Origin: Mercenaria mercenaria
Lineage: Eukaryota
Reading direction: 5' to 3'
DNA: 64,000 bases
Assembly: GCF_021730395.1 (NCBI RefSeq)
Contig: NC_069372.1
Span: forward strand, 64,348,221 to 64,412,220
This document shows positions 11,901 to 23,689 of the stretch, piece by piece. The notes beneath the pieces are model-generated. The model searched no databases and had not been told where the DNA came from. It saw only the letters and a list, made by a program, of their open reading frames with translations. How positions within the stretch are numbered: the first letter of the stretch is position 1; every line of letters begins with the position of its first letter. A program made the translations under genes and the position numbers.

Positions 11901-11990
11901 TACACATATTTGTTGACCAATCAACTTGAATCTCAACGCTTGTATTTTGAAGAAAAGATTGAAGAAGTTGAAAAAACAGTATTGGGAAAG
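11901..11990 (+). CDS. BRAP: BRAP exon (YTYLLTNQLESQRLYFEEKIEEVEKTVLGK).
   Basis: Acceptor tttcag|T, donor AAG|gtaata. Matches human 'YSYLLTSQLESQRIYWENKIVRIEKD'. Confidence 0.85.
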
Positions 11991-13044
11991 GTAATAATGT
12001 GACTACAATATGCTTTCAGTAAGACATTTAAAAAGTGGGACACTTACTTATAAATATGTTTAGATTTGTCCATAGCTGCAGCTTTTAGACTACTACTTGA
12101 AGTAGTAGGATAAGGTCATTTTTCCACATAACATAGAATAAAGGCGGGACACAGATATGGAAATGAAATTCGTACGTCATACATATAGCAATCCAAATTT
12201 AAGATTATAAAGATTGAAGCCTTTTCATCGGATGAAAGATCATAATGTTGACATGAAAGAATTCCAGAATGCCTTAGAATCAGCTTTAAATTTAATATCT
12301 TTAAACTGCATATCTTTAATCTCGGGCAAATTTTTTAAAATTAAGGACCTAGAAACATTTAATAGACAAAATGTTATTATGCGGTTATGGAAAATTTCTT
12401 TAAAATCTAAATTTACTGTTCACAAAAATGACATCAAAATTGAGATGTTACAATGAACTCCCATTGTGAAAGCTTGTCTGAAGCTCTAATCATTCCAGCA
12501 AAAAAAGCAAACAAGCAAACAAGTCTATCTCTCTATACACCTGTAAGATGGGAAGTATTATGGGAACACCACAACAAAAATTGTCCACTCTCCAACTCGA
12601 GCTGTTCTTGACTTGGTCAAACTATTTACAGCAGTAATATCAGGGCCAAATAGTTGGATTGTCCATTTGACTTGAGTTATTGCCCTTGAATTACTTTATA
12701 TTTGTGATAATTGACAGTGTTTGCACTCTGAATTACTTAATATTGCAAAATTTGACAGTGACTGCTCTCTAAATGGCTTTATTATGCAAAATTTGGCAGT
12801 GTCTACTCTCTGAATGGCTTGCTTAATATTGAAAAAAAAATTAATGGTGTTTACACTCCGAATTGATTAATATTGCCAAAATTGATGGTGTCCACTCTAA
12901 CTTGAGCGTATCTTGTCCGATGTTCGCCAAACTTTGAATTTATTATAATCATATCTCAATAAAAAAGCATGTGGATTGCCTAAGTGCCTGTTAACTATGT
13001 TTTGAATTCCTTTACAGCTTAACAAGATGTATATTATTGTATAG

Positions 13045-13158
13045 GTACACTTAGTTGAAGAGGAGAACTTGAATTTAGCGGAGCAGTGTAGTCATTTGCA
13101 TGTAACACTTGAAGCAGCCAACAAAGAAAAACAACTCTGTGAGAAAAAATGCTCTCAT
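13045..13158 (+). CDS. BRAP: BRAP coiled-coil exon (VHLVEEENLNLAEQCSHLHVTLEAANKEKQLCEKKCSH).
   Basis: Acceptor tgtatag|G, donor CAT|gtaagt. In phase, with coiled-coil character like the human segment. Confidence 0.7.
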
Positions 13159-13329
13159 GTAAGTACATGTACATATATATATAACACAAAATGATATTTA
13201 CAGTTGCGAAGGCAGCAGTTACTAGTACGTGTATGAATATAAATTTTTCTTGTTACAAATCAGTATTACAGGATTGGAATTCTGTTTGCAAATATTTCTA
13301 TGAAAACACACCTGAAGTAAACAAATAAG

Positions 13330-13595
13330 GGGTTTGTGGCCGAATGATTAAGCTTTGTGACTTCAAATCATTTGCCCTCCACTGCTGTGGGTTCAAAAGG
13401 TTGCTTTGGGTGTGGAATTATTTCATGAGAGGAAGCCATCAGGCTGGATTGCAGAGGGTGGGTGGTTCAACCCAGGTGCCTGCCTGAAATAATGCCCAAA
13501 GGAGCAACTAGAGTCTTTTTCCACTGTAAAAAGCTCTAACGTTGTCATATGACCTATAATTGTGATGGTATAGCATTCAATCCAACAAGAAAACA
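13330..13595 (+). mobile_element. tRNA-derived SINE with a conserved central core (A-box-like TGGCCGAATGATTAAGC, B-box-like GGTTCAAAAGG).
   Basis: Core 'acccaggtgcctgcctgaaataatgc…gtcatatgacctataattgtgatggtatagcattcaatccaac' shared with the other copies. Confidence 0.7.
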
Positions 13596-13779
13596 GCTTG
13601 AGTAGACAGATTGGAAACTGTTCTGAGGTAATCTGCACCATGTATTTGAGTTTGAGGACCAGTCACAAATCTGAAGCATCTAATCGGTTGATTCTAAACT
13701 CAGATTTGAAATTGATCATTTTGCTCTCAAACTCATCATTACCACAGACTATACAAGTTATGGCTTTTTCTATTTCCAG

Positions 13780-13926
13780 TTACAGACACGATTGAAGAAG
13801 GCTTTACATGATCTGCAAGAAGAGAAAGAAATGAACAAATGTTTATTAGAAAATCAACTAGTTTGGCAAAAACGAGTTACCTCCCTTGAAAATGAAATGA
13901 AGGACTTCACAGCTGCCAAAGATAAA
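13780..13926 (+). CDS. BRAP: BRAP coiled-coil exon (LQTRLKKALHDLQEEKEMNKCLLENQLVWQKRVTSLENEMKDFTAAKDK).
   Basis: Acceptor tttccag|T, donor AAA|gtatgc. Matches human 'LKEEQEMNKCLRANQ…'. Confidence 0.8.
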
Positions 13927-14682
13927 GTATGCATAAATGTCAGATACACTGACATGTTTATATTTTAACTAACATTTTTAGAATTTTCTTTTATATAAAC
14001 AAAGAAGGATTTTACCATGTATTGTCTTGTTGATTAGAACACTTTTCGCAAAATGACCTAGTTTTGGCTATTCTGGTTTACTCCCTCGTATTTAAAACTG
14101 CATTTTATTCCAGATTAGTATCCCTTCCTGGTGTAATTCGAACGTGTTAGAATGCAAATAGATTTTAGTTTTGCATGCTTTGCAGATAAAACACGGTTCT
14201 GAGTTCAGATGCAAAGTAATCTAATCACAAAGGCTGAAGGCCTGGGTGATTAATTACAATGCATCTGAACGAAAAAACAAAGCACACAAAACTAAAATCT
14301 ATTTCTCAGTTCTAAACCTGCCTAGTTAGCTAATAGGTAGAATACATGACTATGTACCTAGAGGTTGCAAGTCTATCCCTGGGTGAGAAATATTATCAAT
14401 AAGACGGTTAGACAGAAGAAAGTAACTATATCTTAAGTCATTTATCCTCCACCTGTGATTAATGTTGAGTAGTTGTCATTTACTTTCTACTACAGCACTG
14501 TTGACTTTCACAACATATTCTGCATAATCTTGTAATAGTATTATCTAACTTGAGAGTTACTTCCTCAAAATCCCACTTGAATGGGGTTTATGGCTATGAT
14601 ATATATTCAAAAACAATATTATACATTCATAAGTTTTTGCACAGAACTGATGGACTACATGTGAAATGTTTTCTTCATTTAG

Positions 14683-14859
14683 GAACTGCAAGACTTGAGG
14701 GAACAGTTACGTGATGTAATGTTTTATGTAGAAGCCCAAGGTAAACTCCAGCATGCTGAGGGTGTGTCGCAGGAAGAGATTGAAGGAAGTCATGTGATTG
14801 TCGGTGCAGCATCCGGCACCTCTACACACAGTCGTAAAGCAAGAAAAAAACAAAGATGA
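14683..14859 (+). CDS. BRAP: BRAP terminal coding exon (ELQDLREQLRDVMFYVEAQGKLQHAEGVSQEEIEGSHVIVGAASGTSTHSRKARKKQR*).
   Basis: Acceptor tcatttag|G, stop TGA at 14857-14859. Matches human 'IQEQLRDVMFYLETQQKI…'. The 3'UTR follows. Confidence 0.85.
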   Translation, partial: ELQDLREQLRDVMFYVEAQGKLQHAEGVSQEEIEGSHVIVGAASGTSTHSRKARKKQR

Positions 14860-15575
14860 AAACTGAATATATATTATTTACATAGTTACATTACTGTAGT
14901 GAAAAGTGTGGGAAATATTTACGTCTTCTGTTGAGCTGGAATAGTGGAGTTAGAAAGACAATGCTAGGTTCCTGTGTTAGGATAAGGAATTCTGAACAAT
15001 AATGGGAGAGACAGACTTATCATGTGGTATCATCCTTTACCTGTTGTCCATTGTCCATAGTTTTACATTCTAGAGGTTACAATTTTAGACCAGTCATAAT
15101 GAAACTTTGTCAGACCAGATTAATACTTGGTTATCTAGTGTCAAAAACATTAGATCAGTTCTTAAAAAACTTTGTGAAAATTTTATAATTCCACATTTTC
15201 TACTAAATTTAACATGTATAATCAAAACTAGGTAGATAGGTCAAAACTTGAGCATCTTGAGCCCATGATGGTCCCCAGCAACAAAATTCCTGGATTATAC
15301 AGAACAACCACAGCAGTAATACTTTTAAGGCTTGGCCTTCATCAGTTTATTATGTTCTGGAAAAAAATCGGCATACAGTTAAGTTGCATTACTTATTTAC
15401 CCAAACATTTTACAAAATATTTTTATTTTGCTATTGGACAATTATTATGCTCCCTTGGCAAAGAGAAGGTATGCTGTTTTGCTCAAATTCTAAAGGCTGG
15501 TCTGGTCAATAGACTGTTTGGTCTTGCATTCTTGAACCTATAGTGGTCAAACTTCATAGGACGAATGCCAATGGT

Positions 15576-15822
15576 CAGAGGTCTCCGTGGCCAAATGGTT
15601 GCCCCTCATCGATGTGGGTTCGAGCCTCACTCGGGGCTTTGAACTCTTCATGTGAGGAAGTCATCCAGCTGGCTTACGGAAGGTCGTGGTTCTACCCAGG
15701 TGCCCGTGATGAAATAATGCACGGAGGGGTATCTGGGGGTCTTCCTCTACCATCAAAGCTGGAAAGTCGCCATGTGACCTATAATTGTTGGTGCGACATT
15801 AAACCCAACAAAATAAAATAAA
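15576..15822 (+). mobile_element. tRNA-derived SINE of the same core family, intact, with an (AAAT)n-like tail.
   Basis: Head 'ggtctccgtggccaaatggttgcccctcatcgatgtgggttcgagcc'; core 'cccaggtgcccgtgatgaaataatgc…gtcgccatgtgacctataattgttggtgcgacattaaacccaacaaaataaaataaataaa'. Confidence 0.8.
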
Positions 15823-16397
15823 TAAAGAATGCCTGTGGTTAGTACTAAACTCGTATATTTGGGGTCAGTAGGTCAGTACAGTGAACTTGATAATGAAATC
15901 AATACTGATTAATAAGTAAAGAACACTTTCTTTCTGCCCTCAAATTTTTAAGGATGCCTTTGGCCAACAGATGGTCCGAATGGTTCTGTAGGTCAGTAGG
16001 TCAAAGGGAAATACTACATTGGCCTAGAGTCTGAAAATGGTTTCCCAAAAATAAATGGAGACTGATTGGTCGTTTGATTGCTAATGTTCTTATGATGATT
16101 TCCTGTGGTCAGTAGGTAACCCTTGTTCATTAGTTAATTTGTGTCAAGGTCACAGTGACCATGATATTCAAAATGGTTTCTGATCAATGTCTGGAACACT
16201 TAGTGTTGTCATAATTTCGAAGGTTATCACAGCAATGAAAATAACATACCCAGCTTCCACTGACAGACCAATTCTTGTTTGTATAAAACATTTTAAAGAT
16301 AATTTTCTTTTTATAGCCCTGATGGTGTTGTGTTTAATTTTTCTACCAATCACCTCATTGATGTTTTTACCTGATTGTCATTTACACCATTTTATTT

Positions 16398-17657
16398 TTA
16401 GCTCACCTGTCACATAGTGACAAGGTGAGCTTTTGTGATCACCTGTCGTCCGTCGTCAGTCTGTGCGTGCGTACGTCAACAATTTCTTGTTTGCACGATA
16501 GTGGTTTTATTTATGATTTTATTTTAACCAAACTTGTTCACAACTTGTATCACCATAAGATCTCGATTCTTTTCTTGAACTGGCCAGATCCCATTATGGG
16601 TTCCAGAGTTATGGCCCCTGAAAGGGCCAAAATTAGCTATTTTGACCTTGTCTGCACAATAGCAGCTTTATTTATGATTTGATTTTTACCAAACTTGCGT
16701 ACAACTTGTATCACCATAATATCTTGGTTCCTTTCTGGAACTGGCCAGATTCCTTTATGGGTTCCAGAGTAATGGCCCCTGAAAGGCCCAAAAATAGCTA
16801 TTTTGACCTTGTCTGCACAATAGCAGCTTTATTTATGATTTGATTTTTACCAAACTTGCACACAACATGTATCACCATAAGATCTTGGTTCCTTTCTGGA
16901 ACTGGCAAGATTCCATCATGGGTTCCAGAGTTATGGCCCCTTAAAGATCCGAAATTGGCTATTTTGGCTTTTGCAGCCATATAGAGACTTCATTTATGGT
17001 TTTATTTGATACAAACTTCCAAAATATCTTCAACAACAATAAATTTTTGATTCCATGACAAATCAGATCCAGTCGTAGGTTTCAGAGTTATTTTATACCT
17101 GATTACCTCCCCTGATTGTAATAAATATGGATTTATATCAGTAAATATTTACAGGACTTATTTGAAATTTCATTATTGTTATTAGTTGGACTAAGACAAT
17201 CAGGGTAGATACAATGTACTGATTTTTTGTCAAATTACCTCCCTTTATTTCAAATTAAAATGGGTATATCTCCGTAACTAATGAAGATACTGATCTGAAA
17301 TTTCATTTATGTCAACAGATTTATTTGGCAGATCTTTCTTTTGTTCACTTATAATTTCTTTTTTTAATTACTTCACATTTACTTTACTATAAATAGCTTA
17401 TTTTTAGTAACTTTTTTATTATTGGCCATAGGGAAAAACGGAGACCACTTTTCTGTGGTACAACATGGATGGTACCTCCAATTTTTAGGTATATTTTGAC
17501 ATATCTATACCTTGTAAGAATTTTTTTTCTTTTTGGTTAAATTTCTTCCCTTTGTTGTTCCTGTCCTTTGGACTTAGATATTTTTTCTGAGGACCTTCTT
17601 GTCCTCAAGGGCAGTGATAACAGGTGAGCGATATAGGGCCATCATGGCCCTCTTGTT
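16398..17657 (+). mobile_element. Helentron-like element. 5' is TTAGCTCACCTG…CAAGGTGAGCT; 3' is CAGGTGAGCGATATAGGGCCatcatGGCCCTCTTGTT. Internal ~170-bp tandem units × 3.5 at 16500-17000.
   Basis: Asymmetric terminal inverted repeats (AGCTCACCTG vs CAGGTGAGCG), a 3' GC hairpin and a CTTGTT terminus, all read directly. Confidence 0.7.
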
Positions 17658-18806
17658 AATACAGTATATGTCAAGAAAATGTAAGATGGGAATGTTAGTC
17701 ATACATAATTATTAGGTAATTATCTTATATTTCAGTTCTCACATAGAAATTATGACATGTTTATAAATTCATCCCCATTTTGAATGAGAATAAATGCAAT
17801 AATGTCATTACATTCAGTTGATTTAAACCAATGATTCTACAAAGTAATGATTATGATTTTTTTTTCCGTGCATGTTTTTAGCTTGTCTGAATTATGAAAA
17901 AGATCTACAAGGTATTGTTGTCAATTGATTGTTGGCATTGGTTACAATTTTTGTTTAGGCCCATTTTTACTCAAAACTTTATAAGCTATAGCTTTGAAAC
18001 TTTGAACATATGTTTATCATCATTAGATGAGTAAGTAGGCCCAGAATTATGGCTCCTTATTTGCTTAGAAAATCATAAATTCTTGGATATGTCCACTTTG
18101 CATGATTACTTTAAGAATAATAGCTTTGAAACTGTGTACCCTTGTTTTATTGTCATAAGATGAGTAAGCAGCTCAAGAACCATAATTTTTTTTTCATTTT
18201 TTAAGAATTATGGATCTTTTTAACTTTAAAAAGAAAATCAATATTTCTTTGTTGAATACTATAGCTTTGAAACTTTATACATTTGTACATTGTTTTTGTT
18301 ATCAGAAGGCCAAGAACTGTAACTGTTTTCTTGCATATTGTCTACATAGAACACTTACAGATGAGTGTTGGCATCTGAAGGCAGTTCACTTATTAGCATG
18401 TTGTTCTGACATTACTGAGGTCCCTTGTCTGTAACTAACTTTAGCTGTGACTATGAGTTCGTAATTTTAAGTCAGTGTACATCTTGCACACCATAGTATT
18501 TGTGTCACACAGTTGTCATATATGAACCATGGATTAGCATTGTGAGCAGTTAAAGAAATATGGTACCCCTGTGGGATTATAATTTTCATAATTATGTTCA
18601 TCCTCTCAAGAATATTTGAGACACTGCTCTATATTGTTGATGTATTGATGTGAATATGTATTTGTTATGTTAAAATGCTCTTTATATTTTAATTTATCTA
18701 TGTTGTATTTATAATACAAGATTTGTTTCTTAATGAAAAATAAATGATATTTATGAAACTTTTTCTTATAATAATTGCTATATTGTCGGCATTATAATAA
18801 TGTCTC

Positions 18807-18837
18807 CCACACCACTGTGGTGGGAGACATATTGATT
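18807..18837. repeat. Perfect 31-bp palindrome atgtctcccacaccactgtggtgggagacat (two abutting 'GGGAGACAT' termini).
   Basis: Direct reading. The same 'TGGGAGACAT' motif recurs at 19190, 19455, 20845 and 160. Confidence 0.8.
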
Positions 18838-19504
18838 TACTCTTGTCTGTCTGTGTGTGTGTCTGTCCATCTATCTGTCACGAATCTTGTCTGTGCTCCA
18901 AGTCAAACAGTTCTCATTCGATCTTCACCAAACTTGAACAAAATGTGTTTGCCAATAAGTCCTCGGCCAAGTTCGATAACTAGCCAAATCGGCCTTGGCA
19001 CTTCGGAATCATGGCCCTTGAATTACCAAAAATGCTGATGCCAGTGATACAGGTCTTGGTGCATGGTTGACTCAGATACATAATGAAAGGCCATTTTTTC
19101 CAAAACTTACTCCAAAACTATCAAAGGTATATTTTTTGTGAGTAAACAGTATATAAAGACAGACTTACTATTCAGATGATTAGGCAGTTGTGGGAGACAT
19201 GCGCTTTTCTCAAAAGCAGCTCTAGTTGAGAGAAAGACTACTCTTTAACATGTTTACATGAAAAGATTGGTGTAAGTTTGGTGTAAACATAACAACATCA
19301 TTATTGTCTGAATATTTATGACTTTTAGCAAACAAAACAACAAAATTTGAGGGAGAGATGTAAAACCTGGAAACTTTACCACTAATGCCTGAAAATAGCA
19401 CAAGAGACCATGAAATATTTTTTACATCTCTCCCCCCTTCCCATACACACACACTGGGGAGACATATTGTTTTTGGCAGATTTTATGGAGTAGACAGCTC
19501 TTTT

Positions 19505-20790
19505 GTTTTTGGGGACGCTCCATCAAAGGTCAAGGTCACAGGGACCTGAACATGGAAAACCATCCATTTCTGATCACTAACTTTTGAAACACTTGATCTA
19601 GAACGTTGAAACTTCATTGGATGATTGGACATGCAAAAGAGATGACCCCTATTGATATAGGGGTTACTCTGTGAAAGGTCAAGGTCACAGGGGCCTGAAC
19701 ATGGAAAACCATTTCCAATAAATAACTTGAGAACTACTTGGCCCAGAATGTTGAATCTTCATAGGATGAGTGGATATGCAGAGTAGATGGCCTCTATTGA
19801 TTTTGGGGTCACATTGTGAAAGGTCAAGGTCACAGCAGCCAGAACATAGAAATCCATTTCAGTAACTTGAGAACCATTTGATCTAGAACCTACAAACTTC
19901 ATAGAGTGATAGTACTTACAGAGTAAATGACCCCTATTGTTTTTGGTCATTCCATCAAAGGCCAAGGTCACAAGAGCCATCTCTCGGTAACACTTCGTTT
20001 TTGATCAATAACTGTAGAACCATTTGATCTAGAGCCTCAAACTTCATAGGGTGATAGGTGATAGTTTAATGTTTGGGTTTACTAGATCAAAGGTCAAGGT
20101 GACAGGGACCTGAACATGGAAAACCGTTTCTGGTCAATAACTTTAGAATTCTTAACCCAGAATTTAGTTTATACATAATTTATTTTAGGTCGATTGTGAA
20201 GGAAGTTCTACACTTGATATTAATCACTCTCGACACCTCGTTCCTGATGGAATCCATCGCCACGAGGGTATGAGAGAAAATGCCAGTTTCCCTTTTAATG
20301 CTGAGCGCCAAGCAAGGGAGCTACTGATACCATTTTCACGTCTTTTGTATGACGCGACCGGGGATCGAACCCACAACCTCCCGCACTCGAAGCGGACGCT
20401 CTACCACTAGGCTATCGGGGCGGTTTAAATATATAACTTGACCTAGAATATTGAAACTTCATAGGATGATTGGACATGTAGAGTAGATGACTCTTATTGA
20501 TTTTTGGGTCACATAATCAAAGGTCAAGGTCAACAGGACCAGAACATAGAAAACGGTTTCCGATCAGTAACTTCAGAACCATTTGACTCAGAACCTTAAA
20601 ACTTGATAGTACTTACAGAGTAGATGACCCTTATTGTTTTTGGGGTCACTTGAGCTATGGTCAAGGTCGCAGGGGTCTGAACATGGAAAACTGTTTCCGA
20701 TCAATAACTTGAGAACTGCTTGACCCAGACTGTTGAAACTTCGTAGAATGATTGGACATACCTATTGCAGCCAACCTTCATTGTCTCTTT
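19505..20790 (+). repeat. Tandem array of ~150-bp units × ~9 (…atcaaaggtcaaggtcacagggacctgaacatggaaaacc…cttgatctagaac.ttgaaacttcatagg.tgattggacatg.a.agtagatgacccctattg…). It is interrupted by a SINE at 20190-20425.
   Basis: Direct reading. Each unit carries AAAGGTCAAGGTCA. Confidence 0.9.
20190..20425 (-). mobile_element. tRNA-derived SINE (same family as 527-870) inserted into the 150-bp array.
   Basis: The reverse complement of 20341-20420 folds as a tRNA-like head with anticodon loop TTCGAGT and a degraded acceptor stem. The body matches the 600-700 region. Confidence 0.75.
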
Positions 20791-21651
20791 GACTTTCGCT
20801 CATGTCACCTATTGATTTCTTGCCTATTACGACTATGCATTGGGGGAGACATGCGTTTTTCTACAGAAGTATCTTCTAGTTTTAAATGGGATTAAATTTG
20901 GGGAATACCTCATCTTAAACCTCTGTTCTTTCACATACAAAGACATTGTACCCTCGATATAGAACTAGTAACATGCTGAAGAATAGTATCATATGACGGT
21001 TTTCTTTTTGCCTCGGTATGGACGAATTTATATGTAAGCATTATTCAGCAAAAATAATAACAGATGCGTTTGGAATATATTCATACCCACTTGTTTTAAT
21101 AGATAGTGACAGACTTGGCTTTGTAAAACATGGGGTATCAGCTTAGTAGATCTACTTGTGAAACATTTCAACTACAATAAAATGTCCTCTAACTAAAATA
21201 GCGAACAAACTTACAGTAAGAATTAAACGTGACGTCATTTCGTTCATTTGAGTTTCGATGTCTCATCCAGAAATTTAATGGTACCCAATCCATGGTGGCT
21301 GCTTTTATATAGACAAAGAAATAAGAGAGCCACCCTCCACTTCTCACAGGACATCGATGGAAGTAGGTCATAAATATACCGAGTTCTTCCGTCGGTCACA
21401 ATGTCCTGACAAGCCAGATGGTGTCAAACGTGCCGGACGAAATTTCCCCGGTATCATATAATAGAAGTGTTTGGTATATGATACAGAAGAAAAATTTCGC
21501 CTTAAACCTCAAAGGAATCGTTTGAAAGAAGACGACCTGCTGTAGATGTGTCAACATGACGGCATGCAGAGAAAAACCCTGAATGCTTAAGGTGAGTTGT
21601 GGGAGAGGAGGGCTTAGTGGCTACAACCGCCCTGTAAGAGCGATTTGCTTA

Positions 21652-23097
21652 TTAGCTCACCAGAGCACAAAGTGCTCAAGGTGAGCTATTGCATATGTAA
21701 CCGGTCATTGTCCGGCGTCCGTCGTGTGTCGTGCGTCGTCTGTCAACATTTGCCTTGTGAACACTCTAGAGGCCACATTTGTGACCCACTCTTTATGAAA
21801 CGTGGTCAGTATGTTAGTCTTGATTATCTTTAGGTCAGCTTCGAAACTGGGTCATGTGGGGTCAAAAACTAGGTCAATAGGCCAGATCAAAGGAAAAGCT
21901 TGTGAACACTCTAGAGGCCACAGTTGTGACCCAATATTTATGAAAGTTGGTCAGAATATTTGCCTTGATGATTTCTAGGTCAAGATATAATCTGGTTTAT
22001 GTGAGGTCAAAAACTAGGTCACCCGGTCAAATCAAAGGAAAATATTATGAACACTTTAGAGGCCACAATAATGACTCAATCTTTATGAAACTTGGTCAGA
22101 ATGTTTGTCAGAATGTTTGTCTTGATGATTTCTGAGACTGGGTTATGTCGGGTCAAAAACTAGGGTACTAGGCCATATCAAAGGAAAATCTTGTCAACAC
22201 TCTATAGACCACAATTTAAGTTTGAAGCTCATGCGAATTAGTCAGAATGTTTAAAGATCTATAGGTCACGTTCGAATCTGGGTCATGTGGGGTCAAAAAC
22301 TAGGTCACCCGGTCAAATCAAAGGAAAAGCTTGTGAACAATTTTGAGGCCAAAGTTGTAACACAATCTTTATGAAACTTGGCCTGAATGTTTAACTTGAT
22401 GATTTCTAGGTCAAGTGTGGTATTTAAAACTAGGTGTGAATAGGTGGAACAACTACACATAACTATGTTTGGTCAGTTAGACCGAAGGATCAAAGGAAAA
22501 AGCTGCAGATGAAACAAATCTAGAGGCCATAATTGTGCACTCAATCTTTTTAAAATTTGGTCAGAATGTTTGTCTTAATGATCTCTAGGCCAGGTTAGAA
22601 TCTGGGTTATGTGTAGTTAAAAACTAGGTCAGTATACCAGATCAAAGGAAAAGCTTGTCAACACTAAAGAGGCCACAGTTGTGACCCAATATTTATGAAA
22701 CTTTGTCAGAATGTTTGCCTTTATGATCTATAGGTCAATTTTGAAACTGGGTCATATGGGGTTAAAAACTAGGTCAGTAGGCCAGATCAAAGGGAAAACT
22801 TGTGAACATTCTACAGGCCAAAGTTGTGATTCAGTTTTTATGAAACGTGGTCAGAATGTTTGTCTTGATGATCTCTAGGTACAGTTTTAATCTGGGTCAT
22901 TTTGGGTTAAAAACTAGGTCACATGGTCAAATCAAAGGAAAAAGTTGTGAACACTCTAAAGGCAACAGTTGTGACTCAATCTTTATGAAACTTGGTCAGA
23001 ATGCTTGTCTTGATGATCTCTAAGTTAAAATCGAAACTGGGTCAGTAGGCCAGATCAACTCTGGTGAGCGATATAGGGCCTTCATGGCCCTTTTGTT
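21652..23097 (+). mobile_element. Helentron-like element with ~10 tandem ~125-150-bp units (…ggtcaaaaactaggtca…gatcaaaggaaaagcttgtgaacactctagaggccaca…). 3' is CTGGTGAGCGATATAGGGCCttcatGGCCCTTTTGTT.
   Basis: Same terminal architecture as the element at 16398-17657. Confidence 0.7.
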
Positions 23098-23689
23098 TTT
23101 TCTTTTAATATTGTCGTCAAGCATCGTCTTTGAGTCAACGTCATTTAAATTTCATTTGCCATGAACATTGACTCATTTGGGTTAATATTTCTTGGTTTTT
23201 TGACTTATACTACAAAGAGGTAAATTACCTTCACCTTTTGACGTCAAAAACTTATCGAAGGGTATACCAGCTGACTTGTCCACGGTCCAAACTGTACAAA
23301 GCATAATTATACTGTGGGCGAATGCTCGGATGGACCGTCATTACAAATAAATGAACAGAAGAACGAATGCGGTTATATATTTATATTTTCCGTTGCAGAC
23401 AAAACTCGACCTAGCCGCATAAATGTTTACCTCACATCAGACATGACACCATTTGGTCGTCCGGATAATATGTACAACGTCCCATCATTGCGGAACGCAT
23501 ATAACCCGATTGCAGCGGCGACAGAGGAGGCTGTTTGGACAGTATATACTGGATTTCGGCGACCCTGTGGCATAGCGATGTGCCTTGTGATTTGCCAAAA
23601 GTAAAATATAAAATCTTTAATATTAACTATTTAAAGCTTTAAATCTTGATACTTAATATTGTCTGCAAAATACTTTTCTCTTTTTTGCC

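Noticed and set aside
15265-15821. Two 92-aa ORFs downstream of BRAP.
   Set aside because: The second lies within a SINE (15576-15822). The first has no homology signal or splice context. It is likely 3'UTR or intergenic.
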